Of a stretch of 64,000 bases of DNA, positions 1 to 9,971 are shown one piece after another. Position numbers and translations under genes: made by a program. The stretch lies in contig CBDFGR010000003.1 in assembly GCA_965247115.1 (NCBI GenBank), positions 2,016,001 to 2,080,000 of the forward strand. Reading direction: 5' to 3'. The notes under the pieces are model-generated. The model saw only the letters and a list, made by a program, of their open reading frames with translations. It was not told where the DNA came from and ran no database searches. How positions within the stretch are numbered: position 1 is the first letter of the stretch; every line of letters starts with the position of its first letter. The stretch is from Myxococcota bacterium (GTDB lineage Bacteria > Myxococcota_A > UBA9160 > SZUA-336).

Positions 1-164
1 GGCGAGCTTCCATGGAGACCGGAGCTCTGAGCTGAGTGCGAACTCTCCCTAGCATAGGGAGTTCCACGAGATCCGACTTTCGGGCTACCTACTCGACGGT
101 CCGCGTCGTGGAAGCGTTCGACTTTGGGGCTCGCCCGGGTCTGCCGAGTCGCGCCCAGGCGGGA

Positions 165-593
165 TCAGGACGTCTGCGCCTTCAGCGCGTCGAGGCCAGC
201 CTGAGAGCAGGCGACGTCCTGCTCGACGGAACCGCCTCCCGCTCCGATGCCGCCGACGACCTCGCCGTCGATCACCACCGGAAGCCCGCCGCCGACCATC
301 GTCGCCCTCGAGAAGTGCGACAAGCCCACAACCAGGGACTGGTCGTCCTTGAGCATCTGGTAGAGATCCTCCGTGCCCATACCAAAGAGCGCGGTGAATG
401 CCTTGCGTTGACACCCCTCGACCCCCAGGAGTATGGCCCCGTCCATTCGACCGAACGCCTTGAGATTCCCGCCTTCGTCGACCACGGCAACGTTCTGTTT
501 GCAGCCGAGCTGTTCGGCCCTTTCGATCGCCGCAGCGACCATCACTGTGGCCGCTTCATAAGAAAGGGCGCGCTTGGAAAAAGTCTGAGCCAT
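165..593 (-). CDS. GlcG/HbpS (DUF336) family heme-binding protein
   Basis: AVVDEGGNL..F.RMDGA and GGGLPVVIDGEVVGGIGAGGG...D motifs typical of DUF336. Confidence 0.85.
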   Translation of the reverse strand: MAQTFSKRALSYEAATVMVAAAIERAEQLGCKQNVAVVDEGGNLKAFGRMDGAILLGVEGCQRKAFTALFGMGTEDLYQMLKDDQSLVVGLSHFSRATMVGGGLPVVIDGEVVGGIGAGGGSVEQDVACSQAGLDALKAQTS

Positions 594-813
594 CAAAGGT
601 TCTCCTGTGCTCCGCCGTCCTTGGTGGGCTCTCTATTCTACTGGACTCGAACCAGGGACCAACCGGTTATGAGCTCGGGTCAGCGCTCGCGCTCAGCCGA
701 GGCGCCCTGCCAACGACCCTCCGACCGATTGGTTAGAGTGACCTCCGACTTCTTGCCTACGTAATAAAACGTCGCCCTAAAGTCACCGGTAGATCAGCTA
801 CTTACGGTGTCGA

Positions 814-834
814 ACCGCTACGGTACCGCTACGG
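814..834. repeat. Tandem 10-bp direct repeat (ACCGCTACGG x2), possible integrase arm-type sites
   Basis: accgctacgg-t-accgctacgg about 55 bp beyond the tRNA-Pro 3' end, next to IHF-like GATCAGCTACTTA (792-804). Confidence 0.45.
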
Positions 835-888
835 GTTCCGAGCCAGCGGGTCTCAGACGCCCAGTACACGCGGCGAGTGACACGGTTC

Positions 889-965
889 TGGTCGGGGCGG
901 CCGGATTTGAACCGGCGACTTCTTGCTCCCGAAGCAAGCGCGCTACCAGGCTGCGCTACGCCCCG
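889..965 (-). tRNA. tRNA-Pro (anticodon CGG)
   Basis: Reverse complement CGGGGCGTAGCGCAGCCTGGTAGCGCG-CTTGC TTCGGGA GCAAG-...GGTTCAAATCC...GCCCCGACCA forms a cloverleaf with encoded CCA. Confidence 0.97.
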
Positions 966-1001
966 ATGAGGGAGGCTCGAAACGGGCTCGGAGTCTAGCG
1001 A

Positions 1002-2894
1002 CTATTCCTGGAAGGCGCGCAGGACCCGGGCTCTGCTGGGGTGCCGGAGCTTGCGAAGGGCTTTGGCCTCGATCTGGCGGATGCGCTCGCGGGTCACCGA
1101 GAAGTCCTGGCCGACCTCTTCCAGCGTGTGGTTCGAACGCTCGCCGATGCCGAAGCGCATCTTGAGCACCTTCTCCTCGCGCGGGGTGAGCGTCGAGAGC
1201 ACCTTGAGCGTGTGCTCGGCGAGATTGCGCTGCATGACCTCGTCTGTCACCGACACGCGCTTATCGTCTTTCAGGAAGTCTCCGAGGTGGCTGTCGTCGT
1301 CCTCCCCGATCGGCGTCTCGAGCGAGATCGGCTCTCGCGTGATCTTGAGGACCATCTGGACCTTCTCCATGCTCATTTCCATCTCGGCCGCGATCTCTTC
1401 GGACATCGGCTCGCGACCCATCTTCTGCACGAGGTAGCGCTGCGCCCGCACGAGCTTGTTCATCGTCTCGATCATGTGTACCGGGATACGGATGGTCTTG
1501 GCCTGATCCGCGATGGCGCGCGTGATGGCCTGACGGATCCACCAGGTGGCGTAGGTCGAGAACTTGTAGCCGCGGCGCCACTCGAACTTGTCGACGGCCT
1601 TCATCAGGCCGATGTTCCCCTCCTGAATCAGGTCCAGGAACTGCAGACCCCGATTCGTGTACTTCTTCGCGATCGACACAACCAGGCGGAGATTCGCCTC
1701 GATCAGCTCGCTCTTGGCTTGGCGTGCGCGCTCCCGATCGGCGCTGATGTGCTCGAGGCAGTCCACGGCCTCCTCGCGCGTACAGTGAAGCTCCGCTTCC
1801 AGCTTTCGGACGCGCCTTTGTGCTGCGGTCACCTCCTTCTCGGTGATCAAGATCGCTTCCGCGTTCCCACCGAGGCGGGCGAGCGCCTTCTTGCCTGGTA
1901 CGGAGCGCCGTCGCGACTGCGCAGCGAGCTGCAGGAACTCGTCGCCGTCGGACTGTTTGTAGGGCTTGAGGATGCGGGTCACGATATCGCGCTGATCGTT
2001 GATCTCGGCAACGAAACCCTCGATCGAGCTGATCCGACGCCAGATGAAGGGCTTCACCAGACCGGTGCGGCGAACGCGCGCGGCATGACGCGTGCGGATC
2101 TCATCGACCTCGGCAGCGATTCGCTCGCGCGTCTCTTCACCGGTGCGTCTGTTCGAGAGCACGCGTTGCCGCTTGGCGACTTCCGTTTGGGACCGGCGGA
2201 GCTGGGTCAGAGCCTGGAGCAGCCTTGCTCGTTTGTCATCGAGCGTCTCCGGGTCACCCTCTGCGATCTGCGGAAAGAGATCCCGCACCTCTCGGTCGCC
2301 CTTACGGATCGCGTCGCCGACCTCGAGCAGCTCAGCGACTGCGATGGGCGACTTCAGCACGCGTGCGAGCGCATCCTCTTCACCGGACTCGATACGCTTT
2401 GCGATCACGACCTCGCCTTCGCGGGTCAGCAGGGACACCGCTCCCATCTCGCGCAGATAGACGCGCACGGGATCGTTGGAGCGGTAGCTCTCGTAGTCGT
2501 CGCCGTTGGAGCGCCGGCGGGGCTCCGGCTTGCGGGTTACCACCGGCGGCTCCCAGTTCTGGAGAACGACGCTGTGCCGCCGGAACAGCGCAACGACCTC
2601 TTCGAGACGCTCAGGCGACTTCAGCATCCGCTCGGGTAACGCCTTTAGGAGCTGCGCCCCATCGGCGTGTCCGGACTCCTTCCCCTTGCGGAGTAGCTGA
2701 CGCAGGCTGGGGCTGCTCTGCCTGACCTCGGGCTTCCCGTCCGCGGCCACGGCAGCCCCGTTGCGCTTGCTGGCGAGTGGGCCGCTCGCCTCTTGCACCG
2801 TCCCTCTGGCCCGTGTCGTCTTCTGGGCCTTCGCTACCCTGGGACGCTTCGTGGGCTGCGACTTGCGCTTGGTCGGGGGGGTGATGGTCGGCAT
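1002..2894 (-). CDS. rpoD: Primary RNA polymerase sigma factor RpoD (sigma70)
   Basis: [11 protein letters not shown] (region 1.2), [51 protein letters not shown]; start moved to ATG 2894 behind SD TAAGGAG. Confidence 0.97.
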   Translation of the reverse strand: MPTITPPTKRKSQPTKRPRVAKAQKTTRARGTVQEASGPLASKRNGAAVAADGKPEVRQSSPSLRQLLRKGKESGHADGAQLLKALPERMLKSPERLEEVVALFRRHSVVLQNWEPPVVTRKPEPRRRSNGDDYESYRSNDPVRVYLREMGAVSLLTREGEVVIAKRIESGEEDALARVLKSPIAVAELLEVGDAIRKGDREVRDLFPQIAEGDPETLDDKRARLLQALTQLRRSQTEVAKRQRVLSNRRTGEETRERIAAEVDEIRTRHAARVRRTGLVKPFIWRRISSIEGFVAEINDQRDIVTRILKPYKQSDGDEFLQLAAQSRRRSVPGKKALARLGGNAEAILITEKEVTAAQRRVRKLEAELHCTREEAVDCLEHISADRERARQAKSELIEANLRLVVSIAKKYTNRGLQFLDLIQEGNIGLMKAVDKFEWRRGYKFSTYATWWIRQAITRAIADQAKTIRIPVHMIETMNKLVRAQRYLVQKMGREPMSEEIAAEMEMSMEKVQMVLKITREPISLETPIGEDDDSHLGDFLKDDKRVSVTDEVMQRNLAEHTLKVLSTLTPREEKVLKMRFGIGERSNHTLEEVGQDFSVTRERIRQIEAKALRKLRHPSRARVLRAFQE

Positions 2895-2905
2895 GGGGGG
2901 GGGGG
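2895..2905 (-). repeat. C11 homopolymer (G11 on + strand) between the rpoD Shine-Dalgarno and ATG
   Basis: Minus strand reads TAAGGAG-TT-CCCCCCCCCCC-ATG. Confidence 0.85.
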
Positions 2906-2934
2906 AACTCCTTACTCCATAACGGTGGTAAAGG

Positions 2935-4716
2935 TTAGACCTGCTGAACCTGGCTCCAGAGCTCGCGCCTCTGCGCCATGTAACGCTGCTGCTCCTCCAG
3001 GAGCTCGGAGACCTGATCCGAATCACTGCAGGATTCAAGCCGGACACGAAGGCCCTTGAGCTTGCCATCCAGCCAGCGGCGGCCGAGCTGCGCCACGCAG
3101 TCCCGAGCGGCGCGCTCCGCTGCCATCCGGTCCTCCGGCTCGTGCTTGAGCAGGATCTCGGGCAGCACTGCCTTCAGGCGTTCGCCGATCTCACGCGCCT
3201 CGGGCGTGACCAGCTGAGCAGCCGCATTGGAGCCGTGGGTCCGCGTCGCCGCCGCCAGCGCGAGGATGAGCTCGCTGCCGTCGAGGTCGTGAAGCCACTC
3301 GGGGTCGAGCTGATCCAGAACCCCAAGCGTGTCTATGGGAAACGCCCCCAGGGCACCGAGCAGGTCGCGTAGAGCCGGGGCAAGCTCGATTGGTCGGGCC
3401 GGCTCGGTGACGGGGCGGGCCTCTGGCTGGGGTCCGGGTGCAGGCCCGTTCGCAGGTTCCTCGAGCGACCGCTCGAGGGCAGCGGGGGGGATCTCCAGGC
3501 TGCTCGACACTTGGCGGACGTAGGCGGCCCGCTCGACCGCATCCGGGACCGCACGCAGGTAGGGAGCGATCTCCCGCACGACGTCGCCCGCGGCCCAAGC
3601 GTGATCTGATGCTTTTACGAGCGCGCGGTCGATCAGCGCATCGAGCAAGGGCACAGCACGCTCCACGCAGCTCTGCAGAGCGGCGGGACCCGAAGCGTTG
3701 AGAAGGTCGTCCGGGTCCTGGCCCGCGGGCAGGAAGGCGCTGCGCACGCGCAGACCCTCCGCCAGCAAACCGGGCAAGCCGCGTTCCGCCGCCCGCTGGC
3801 CAGCGGAGTCGCCATCGAACAGGAGTACGACCTCCTGGGCGTAGCGCCGCAGGCGCCTCGCGTGCTCGGTCGTGAGAGCGGTGCCACAGGGTGCCACGGC
3901 CTCCTCGATGCCGGCCCGGTGGAGAGCGATCAGATCGAAGTACCCCTCCACTACGATCACGCGCCCGTTCTTGCGGATGGAGTCGAGCGCCAGAGGTAGC
4001 CCGAACAGGACGCGGCTCTTGCGGTAGACGGGGCTCTCGGGCGAGTTCAGGTACTTGGGCGTGTCGTCCGGGCCGAGTCCGCGCCCGCCGAAGCCGAGCA
4101 CATTCCCCGCGGGCTCCTTGATGGGGAAGACGATCCGATTGCGAAAGCGATCGTAGTGACCCTCTCCGCTCTGGCTCTTCGCGACCAGGCCGGCCCGCTC
4201 TGCGTCAGCCAGACCGTTCCGACCCAGATGCTCCACCAGCCCTCGCGGCGGCGCGTACCCGAGCTCGAAGCGTTCGATCAGCTCGTTGGAGATGCCGCGC
4301 CGCTCGAGATACTCGCGCGCCCGAGCCCCCCTGGCCGCGTGGAGCTGCGAGCGGAAGTACTCGAGTGCTGCGTCATTCGCGCGGTAGAGCGCGCGAGTAC
4401 GTTCGCCCGACCCCGCGTCACCCTCGGGGATGTCGATCCCGAGCTCCCGAGCCAGAACGCGCACCGTGTCGGGAAAGTCGAGGGCGCCATGACGCATGCA
4501 GAACCCGAAGACGTCACCACCGGCCTGACAGCCAAAACAGTAAAAAACCTGCCGCTCTCGGTGAACGGTAAAGGAGGGTGTCTTCTCCTCGTGAAAAGGA
4601 CACAGTCCCCAGAGTCGGTTCCCCGACTCCTTGAGGGTCACGTGGCGGCCGACGATCTGCACGATGTCGGCGCGCGCGCGAACCTCTTCCACAACCTGCT
4701 CTGGGATCCGCGCCAC
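2935..4716 (-). CDS. dnaG: DNA primase
   Basis: CPFH..KTPSF..CFGC zinc finger, [31 protein letters not shown] start at 4716. Confidence 0.96.
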   Translation of the reverse strand: MARIPEQVVEEVRARADIVQIVGRHVTLKESGNRLWGLCPFHEEKTPSFTVHRERQVFYCFGCQAGGDVFGFCMRHGALDFPDTVRVLARELGIDIPEGDAGSGERTRALYRANDAALEYFRSQLHAARGARAREYLERRGISNELIERFELGYAPPRGLVEHLGRNGLADAERAGLVAKSQSGEGHYDRFRNRIVFPIKEPAGNVLGFGGRGLGPDDTPKYLNSPESPVYRKSRVLFGLPLALDSIRKNGRVIVVEGYFDLIALHRAGIEEAVAPCGTALTTEHARRLRRYAQEVVLLFDGDSAGQRAAERGLPGLLAEGLRVRSAFLPAGQDPDDLLNASGPAALQSCVERAVPLLDALIDRALVKASDHAWAAGDVVREIAPYLRAVPDAVERAAYVRQVSSSLEIPPAALERSLEEPANGPAPGPQPEARPVTEPARPIELAPALRDLLGALGAFPIDTLGVLDQLDPEWLHDLDGSELILALAAATRTHGSNAAAQLVTPEAREIGERLKAVLPEILLKHEPEDRMAAERAARDCVAQLGRRWLDGKLKGLRVRLESCSDSDQVSELLEEQQRYMAQRRELWSQVQQV

Positions 4717-4804
4717 TCCCTCCCTAACCCCTCGTTTCTTCACTCGGTCAGTTGGGACGACTCGGGCCCGACGCAGCACTGCTGCGCCGGGCCCGACGAA
4801 AAAC

Positions 4805-4999
4805 TCACCTTGCTGCTCGCGCCTTCTTCAACGCCCGCTTTCGAGCAGCCATCGCCTTCTTTTTCTTTCTGACGCTGGGCTTCTCGTAGCGCTCGCGCTT
4901 CCTGAGCTCATACATCAATCCGGCCTTCTCGCACTGCTTCTTGAAGCGCTTGAGAGCGCCCTCGAACGACTCGTTCTCTTTGAGCTTCAGACCAGGCAG
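4805..4999 (-). CDS. rpsU: 30S ribosomal protein S21 (CTG start; absent from the ORF track)
   Basis: Manual translation (M)[70 protein letters not shown] 6 nt before CTG; rpsU-dnaG-rpoD synteny. Confidence 0.95.
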   Translation of the reverse strand: MPGLKLKENESFEGALKRFKKQCEKAGLMYELRKRERYEKPSVRKKKKAMAARKRALKKARAAR

Positions 5000-5353
5000 A
5001 ACGGACTCCTCCCCTGAGTGCGACGGCCGCTATCGCGAAGAACGCAACCGACTGTGTATAGACCACTCGCCCCGGCCATCAACCCTCCCGGGGTAGCGAT
5101 CCCACCGAATGCTGGGGGCGCCTGCATTGCACCGCCGCCCCCGGAACCGCCTTCTGGGATCGCGGCTCCTCACAGAAAACTGCTTATTTTTCAACCACTT
5201 ACCTTGGGTCGGTCGCGGAGGAAGAACCTAGCACACCCGTTTCCGCACGCGCAACACGGCACCCCGTCCCCGCGGCGAGTGGTCCGACCAGCTGTCTGCC
5301 GGAAAGTGGCCACGGGGCGCTCAGGTTGGACCAGGCACACCGGTCGCGCGGCC

Positions 5354-6079
5354 TCAATCCGCGGCCAGCTTTTTGAGCGCATCCTCGAATCGCACCGCAC
5401 CGCTGTAGAGCGCCTTGCCGAGCACCGCAGCCGCGATCACACCCGTCTGGGCCAGGCGCTGCAGATCGTCGACGCTGCTGACCCCTCCAGCCGCAATGAA
5501 TGGATGCGACGTAGATCGAGCCAGCTCGACGGTTGCCGCCAGATTCGGACCACCCATCATCCCGTCGCGCTCGATGTCCGTGTGCAGGACTCCCGCGAGA
5601 GGCAGATCTGCGAAGCGCTTCAAGACCTCTGCACTCGTGAAATCGGAGGTCTCCAGCCAGCCACGCACGGCGACGCGTCCCCCACGGGCATCTAGACCCA
5701 GAATGACGCGCTTCGGGTGGCGTTCGCTGATCGAGGCGAGAAGGCGGGGCTGCTCGAGGGCCGCGGTGCCCATGATGACGCGGTCCGCACCCATTCCGAC
5801 CAGAGCGTTGACACGCTCCAGCGTGCGGATGCCACCGCCGACCTGGACCGGAATTCGACCCGCCTCACTCAGGATGCGTTGGATGAGCGGGGTGTTCGTG
5901 GACTCGCCGTCACGGGCTGCGTCGAGATCGACCACGTGAAGCCGCGTCGCACCCTTGGCGCACAGGTCTTTCGCGACGGACACGGGATCTGCGTCATAAA
6001 TGGTCTCCCGGTCGTAGTCCCCCTGCTCGAGCCGGACCAGCTGCCCCGCGCGCAGGTCGATCGCCGGGATTACCTCCAC
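5354..6079 (-). CDS. hisA: ProFAR isomerase HisA
   Basis: VIPAIDL..G..VRL.QG, LHVVDLDAA, QVGGGIR, TDIERDGMMGGPN; GTG start at 6079. Confidence 0.95.
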   Translation of the reverse strand: MEVIPAIDLRAGQLVRLEQGDYDRETIYDADPVSVAKDLCAKGATRLHVVDLDAARDGESTNTPLIQRILSEAGRIPVQVGGGIRTLERVNALVGMGADRVIMGTAALEQPRLLASISERHPKRVILGLDARGGRVAVRGWLETSDFTSAEVLKRFADLPLAGVLHTDIERDGMMGGPNLAATVELARSTSHPFIAAGGVSSVDDLQRLAQTGVIAAAVLGKALYSGAVRFEDALKKLAAD

Positions 6080-6777
6080 GCGGAGCGGACCTCGCCCAGC
6101 TCCTGCATCAGCTCCCTGGCGCCGTAGCGCGACAGCTCCTCTGGGATTACCCAGCGAAAGCCTCGCTCGCGCCACCTGGCAAAGGAGCCTGGGTCCTCGG
6201 ATACGCTCCTCTGGACCTCGTCGTAGCTCGCCTCCCAGAGCAGCTCGCCACCCGCCGTTCGGAGCTCGACGTCGAACCAGACGGAGGCGGGTCGGCTCGC
6301 ACCCCGGGGCCCTCCCTCGCGCTCCGAGTAGCGGCGTACCCTGCCGGTCATGATCGCGTCCACGCCAAAGGCCGAGTTGAGCTCGCTGCCCAGGCGCCGT
6401 GGGTTCGAGGGCGCGGACACGTTCTGGAGCCAGAGCTGGATGTCACCAGGAGGCACAGCCTCCAGTCCTCCCCACTGGACGAGCGCGCTCGCAACGCGCG
6501 CAGTCGCGGTCTCGGAGGCAACCATCGCCTCCTCGCCCGTCAGCACGTCGCGCGGCCCGAAGGGCTCAAAAGACATCGGCACCACCGCCACGAGCGTAAC
6601 CTTGTGATCCGACGCCCTCGGCAGCTCCGAATACACAACCGGCGTGCACCCCACCACCAACAACGCCAACAACCCCACAGGCAACCAGCAAGCGGTGCGA
6701 AGCGAATCGCGCCGGGTCGCTGACCCGGGGGAGGACCGCTCGCGCGCCCGGTCCCACAAGGCTCTCGGGGCCCTCAT
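6070..6777 (-). CDS. Putative lipoprotein (possibly CsgG/LpoB-like alpha/beta fold)
   Basis: Hydrophobic stretch ending in lipobox LVVGC; GVDAIMTGRV and GELLW motifs; start uncertain. Confidence 0.6.
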   Translation of the reverse strand: MRAPRALWDRARERSSPGSATRRDSLRTACWLPVGLLALLVVGCTPVVYSELPRASDHKVTLVAVVPMSFEPFGPRDVLTGEEAMVASETATARVASALVQWGGLEAVPPGDIQLWLQNVSAPSNPRRLGSELNSAFGVDAIMTGRVRRYSEREGGPRGASRPASVWFDVELRTAGGELLWEASYDEVQRSVSEDPGSFARWRERGFRWVIPEELSRYGARELMQELGEVRSAWR

Positions 6778-7364
6778 CAGAGCGATCCCTTGGTAGTGAG
6801 CGGCCCCTGGACGCGCGGGTCCGGGGTGGTAGCCGCGTCCAGAGCGCGGCCCAGGCCCTTGAATACTGCCTCGACGATGTGGTGGACGCTGTGACCGTAC
6901 GAGCGCTCGACGTGCAGGTCGATCCCGCCATTGCTGCAGAGCGCGTATAGAAAATCCTCGACGAGCGCGGCGTCGAAGTTCCCGACCCAGTCCCGGCTGA
7001 GCTCGACGCGGTAGACAAGGTAGGGACGGTTCGACAGATCCAGGTCGACGCAGACGCGAGCATCGGCCATCGGGATGCGAGCCGACCCGAAGCGCCGGAG
7101 CCCGGAGCGATCCCCCAGTGCGGCCTTGAGCGCCTGGCCGAGCGCGATGCCCACGTCCTCTACGGTGTGGTGCTGATCGACCTCCAGGTCTCCCCTGGCC
7201 TGGATCTGGAGATTGAAGAGCCCGTGACGCGCAAAGGAGTCCAGCAGGTGGTCGAAGAAGGGGACGCCGGTGTCGACCTCGGCGGAACCGGTTCCGTCCA
7301 GGCCGAGTTCGACCTGGATCTCCGTCTCGCGGGTCTTCCTGGATATGCTGCCGTGTCGTTCCAT
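6777..7364 (-). CDS. hisB: Imidazoleglycerol-phosphate dehydratase
   Basis: RKTRET.I, FFDHLL, DQHHTVEDVGI, HHIVEAVFK. Confidence 0.97.
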   Translation of the reverse strand: MERHGSISRKTRETEIQVELGLDGTGSAEVDTGVPFFDHLLDSFARHGLFNLQIQARGDLEVDQHHTVEDVGIALGQALKAALGDRSGLRRFGSARIPMADARVCVDLDLSNRPYLVYRVELSRDWVGNFDAALVEDFLYALCSNGGIDLHVERSYGHSVHHIVEAVFKGLGRALDAATTPDPRVQGPLTTKGSL

Positions 7365-7389
7365 GGTGCTGGCAACGAGTAGACCCGAA

Positions 7390-8706
7390 TTACTCGGTCG
7401 GGTCCACCTTTCCGCCGGTCCGGACCTCGACCGCCCTGCTGTGAGCGATCAGTCCCTCCATGCGTGCCAGCCGCGCGGCTACGGGTGCGAGTCGCCGGAA
7501 CCCCGCTTCGGAGAACTCGACAAGGCTCGTCGTCTTCTGGAAGTCCTCGACCCGGAGGACGGAGAAGAAGCGCGCGGTCCCCGAGGTGGGCAATACGTGA
7601 CTGGGGCCGGCCACGTAGTCCCCGAGAGGAACAGGGCTGTACGGCCCGATGAAGATGGCGCCCGCATTCTCGATCTGGGGCAGCCAGCGGTCGGGATCCG
7701 AGGTAAAGAGCTGCAGATGCTCCGGGGCGTAGCGGTTCGCGAGCGTCAGGGCCTCCGGGAGGTCCCGCGTCACGATCAGCGCGCCGCCCGCAGCCAGCGC
7801 CTGACCGGCGACAGGGGCCGTCGGCAGCTCCGAGAGCTGCTTCTCGAGCTGCTCGCGTGTGGACCGCGCCAGGGCCTCGCTCGGGGTCGCCAGCACGGCA
7901 CCGGAGCGCACGTCGTGCTCGGCCTGGGCCAGCAGGTCGGCTGCGATCAGAGCCGGATCCGCATCCGCCTCGGCCACGATGAAGACCTCGCTCGGACCCG
8001 CCTCGGAATCGATTGCAACCTCGCCGAAGACCTGACGTTTCGCCTCCTGGACGTAGGCGTTGCCCGGCCCCACGATCTTGTCGACGCGTGGGATGCTCTC
8101 GGTCCCGAAGGCCAGTGCAGCCACAGCCTGCGCTCCTCCCACCCGGTACAGGTGGCTGGCTCCAACCAGGCGGGCAGCCTCCAGCATGGCGGGATGCGGC
8201 TCTCGTCCCGGACTGCTCACGACCAGGTCCGGGACGCCCGCCACTCCGGCCGGGATGCCCAGCATGAGCACGGTAGAAGCCAGGGGCGCATTTCCTGCCG
8301 GAGCGTAGATCGCAACGCGGCGGAGCGGTCGAACGAGCTGACCAAGGCGCTCGCCGTCCGCGCGCTGACTCCAGGACTCGGGGACTCGCTGCGAGTGAAA
8401 GGACTTCACACGCCGCGCGGCCAGCTGCAGAGCGTCGGCGTTTTCGGGAGCGAGCTGCGCGGCCCCTGCCTCGAGCTGCTCGCGCGTCAGCACGAGCTCG
8501 CTTGCGCTCGTGCGGTACCCGTCGAAGCGCTCGATCGCTGCAAGAACTCCCTCGTCACCCCGGCTGCGTACGTCCGCGAGGATCGCCGCGACGCTCTCCT
8601 CGAGTGCCGCTCTCTCGCCGTGACGGCGCCTCTCGAGTTTCGAGAACTCGGACTCGAAGCCGGAGACGCTCGTGTCGAGCCTTTGAACGGCGAGCGGGGA
8701 GGGCAC
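7390..8706 (-). CDS. hisD: Histidinol dehydrogenase
   Basis: RVGGAQAVAALAFG, DKIVGPGNAYV, AGPSEV, QAEHD, GDYVAGPSHVLPT; GTG start at 8706. Confidence 0.96.
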   Translation of the reverse strand: MPSPLAVQRLDTSVSGFESEFSKLERRRHGERAALEESVAAILADVRSRGDEGVLAAIERFDGYRTSASELVLTREQLEAGAAQLAPENADALQLAARRVKSFHSQRVPESWSQRADGERLGQLVRPLRRVAIYAPAGNAPLASTVLMLGIPAGVAGVPDLVVSSPGREPHPAMLEAARLVGASHLYRVGGAQAVAALAFGTESIPRVDKIVGPGNAYVQEAKRQVFGEVAIDSEAGPSEVFIVAEADADPALIAADLLAQAEHDVRSGAVLATPSEALARSTREQLEKQLSELPTAPVAGQALAAGGALIVTRDLPEALTLANRYAPEHLQLFTSDPDRWLPQIENAGAIFIGPYSPVPLGDYVAGPSHVLPTSGTARFFSVLRVEDFQKTTSLVEFSEAGFRRLAPVAARLARMEGLIAHSRAVEVRTGGKVDPTE

Positions 8707-8711
8707 CGAGC

Positions 8712-9968
8712 CTACTCTTCTTCGCGGCGGATGCGCGCGCCCAGCGACTCCAGCTTCCGCTCGATCCGCTCGTAGCCGCGATCGATGTGGTAGACGCGGC
8801 GGACCCGCGTCTCGCCGCTCGCGGCGAGCCCGGCCAGCACGAGACATGCGCTCGCCCGCAGGTCCGTGGCCATCACCGGCGCACCGGAGAGCCGACGAGG
8901 CCCGCGGATGAACGCTCTCTGACCGTCGATCTGGATGTTCGCGTTCATGCGCACGAGCTCCGGGACGTGCATGAACCGATTCTCGAAGATCTGCTCGGTG
9001 ATCTCGCTCAGGCCCTCTGCCTGCGTGAGCAGAGCCATCGCTTGTGCCTGCATGTCGGTCGCGAAGCCCGGATACGGAGCCGTCTCCAGCTTCACCGCCC
9101 GCAGCTCCGCGCCCTGCGCAACTGATATCCGGTCCTCGGCCAGCGAGATTTCAAGACCCGTGTTCCGGAGCGCCTCGATCGGAGCCACGAGCTGAGACGG
9201 GTCGACCCCGGTCACCTCGACCTCGCCTCCCGTGATCGCCCCGGCAAGCAGCAGCGTCCCCGCCTCTATCCGATCGCCCGACACGAAGTGCCGCACTCCG
9301 GAGAGACGCGTTACGCCATGCACGGTCAAGCGCGAGGTTCCGACTCCCTCGATCTGGGCGCCCATCGCCTCGAGCACCCGGGTGAGCTCCGTGACCTCGG
9401 GCTCCTGCGAGGAGTTCTCGAGCACGCTCGTACCCTCGGCCAGCGTCGCGGCCATCAGTACGTTCTGCGTCCCGTTCACCGTCGGCACATCAAAGACGAC
9501 GCGCGCACCCCGAAGACGCTGCACCCGAGCCTCGACGTAGCCGTTCGAGAGCTCGATTTTCGCGCCGAGCGCCTCCAGTCCCTTCAGGTGCTGGTCGACC
9601 GGGCGCGCGCCGATGGCGCAGCCACCCGGGAGTGACACCCGCGCGTGTCCACAACGGGCCAGCAGCGGACCGAGCACCATGAACGAGGCGCGCATGGTCC
9701 GCACCAGCTCGTAGGGCGCGTCCACGCGGTCGAGCTCGCCGCTCTCGATCGTGAGCTCGTCCCTCGATTCCCAGCCGGCTCGAACCCCCAGACCCTCCAG
9801 GATCTTGCGCATCGTCTCCAGGTCGCGGACCCGGGGGGCGTTCCCGAAAGCCATTCTCTCTTCCGTGAGCAGCGAAGACGCCATGAGCGCCAGCACGGCG
9901 TTCTTCGAACCGCTGGCCCGGACGCTGCCCGAGAGAGGCACGCCCCCTTCGATCGTGAACCTGTCCAT
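8712..9968 (-). CDS. murA: UDP-N-acetylglucosamine 1-carboxyvinyltransferase
   Basis: SGSKNA, MRASF, LPGGCAIGARPVDQH, PYPGFATDMQAQ, ATDLRASA. Confidence 0.98.
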   Translation of the reverse strand: MDRFTIEGGVPLSGSVRASGSKNAVLALMASSLLTEERMAFGNAPRVRDLETMRKILEGLGVRAGWESRDELTIESGELDRVDAPYELVRTMRASFMVLGPLLARCGHARVSLPGGCAIGARPVDQHLKGLEALGAKIELSNGYVEARVQRLRGARVVFDVPTVNGTQNVLMAATLAEGTSVLENSSQEPEVTELTRVLEAMGAQIEGVGTSRLTVHGVTRLSGVRHFVSGDRIEAGTLLLAGAITGGEVEVTGVDPSQLVAPIEALRNTGLEISLAEDRISVAQGAELRAVKLETAPYPGFATDMQAQAMALLTQAEGLSEITEQIFENRFMHVPELVRMNANIQIDGQRAFIRGPRRLSGAPVMATDLRASACLVLAGLAASGETRVRRVYHIDRGYERIERKLESLGARIRREEE

Positions 9969-9971
9969 TCG

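Noticed and set aside
771..781. GTCGCCCTAAA resembling part of integron attI1
   Set aside because: Only an 11-bp match, with no GTTRRRY core at the right distance, no intI and no attC cassettes.
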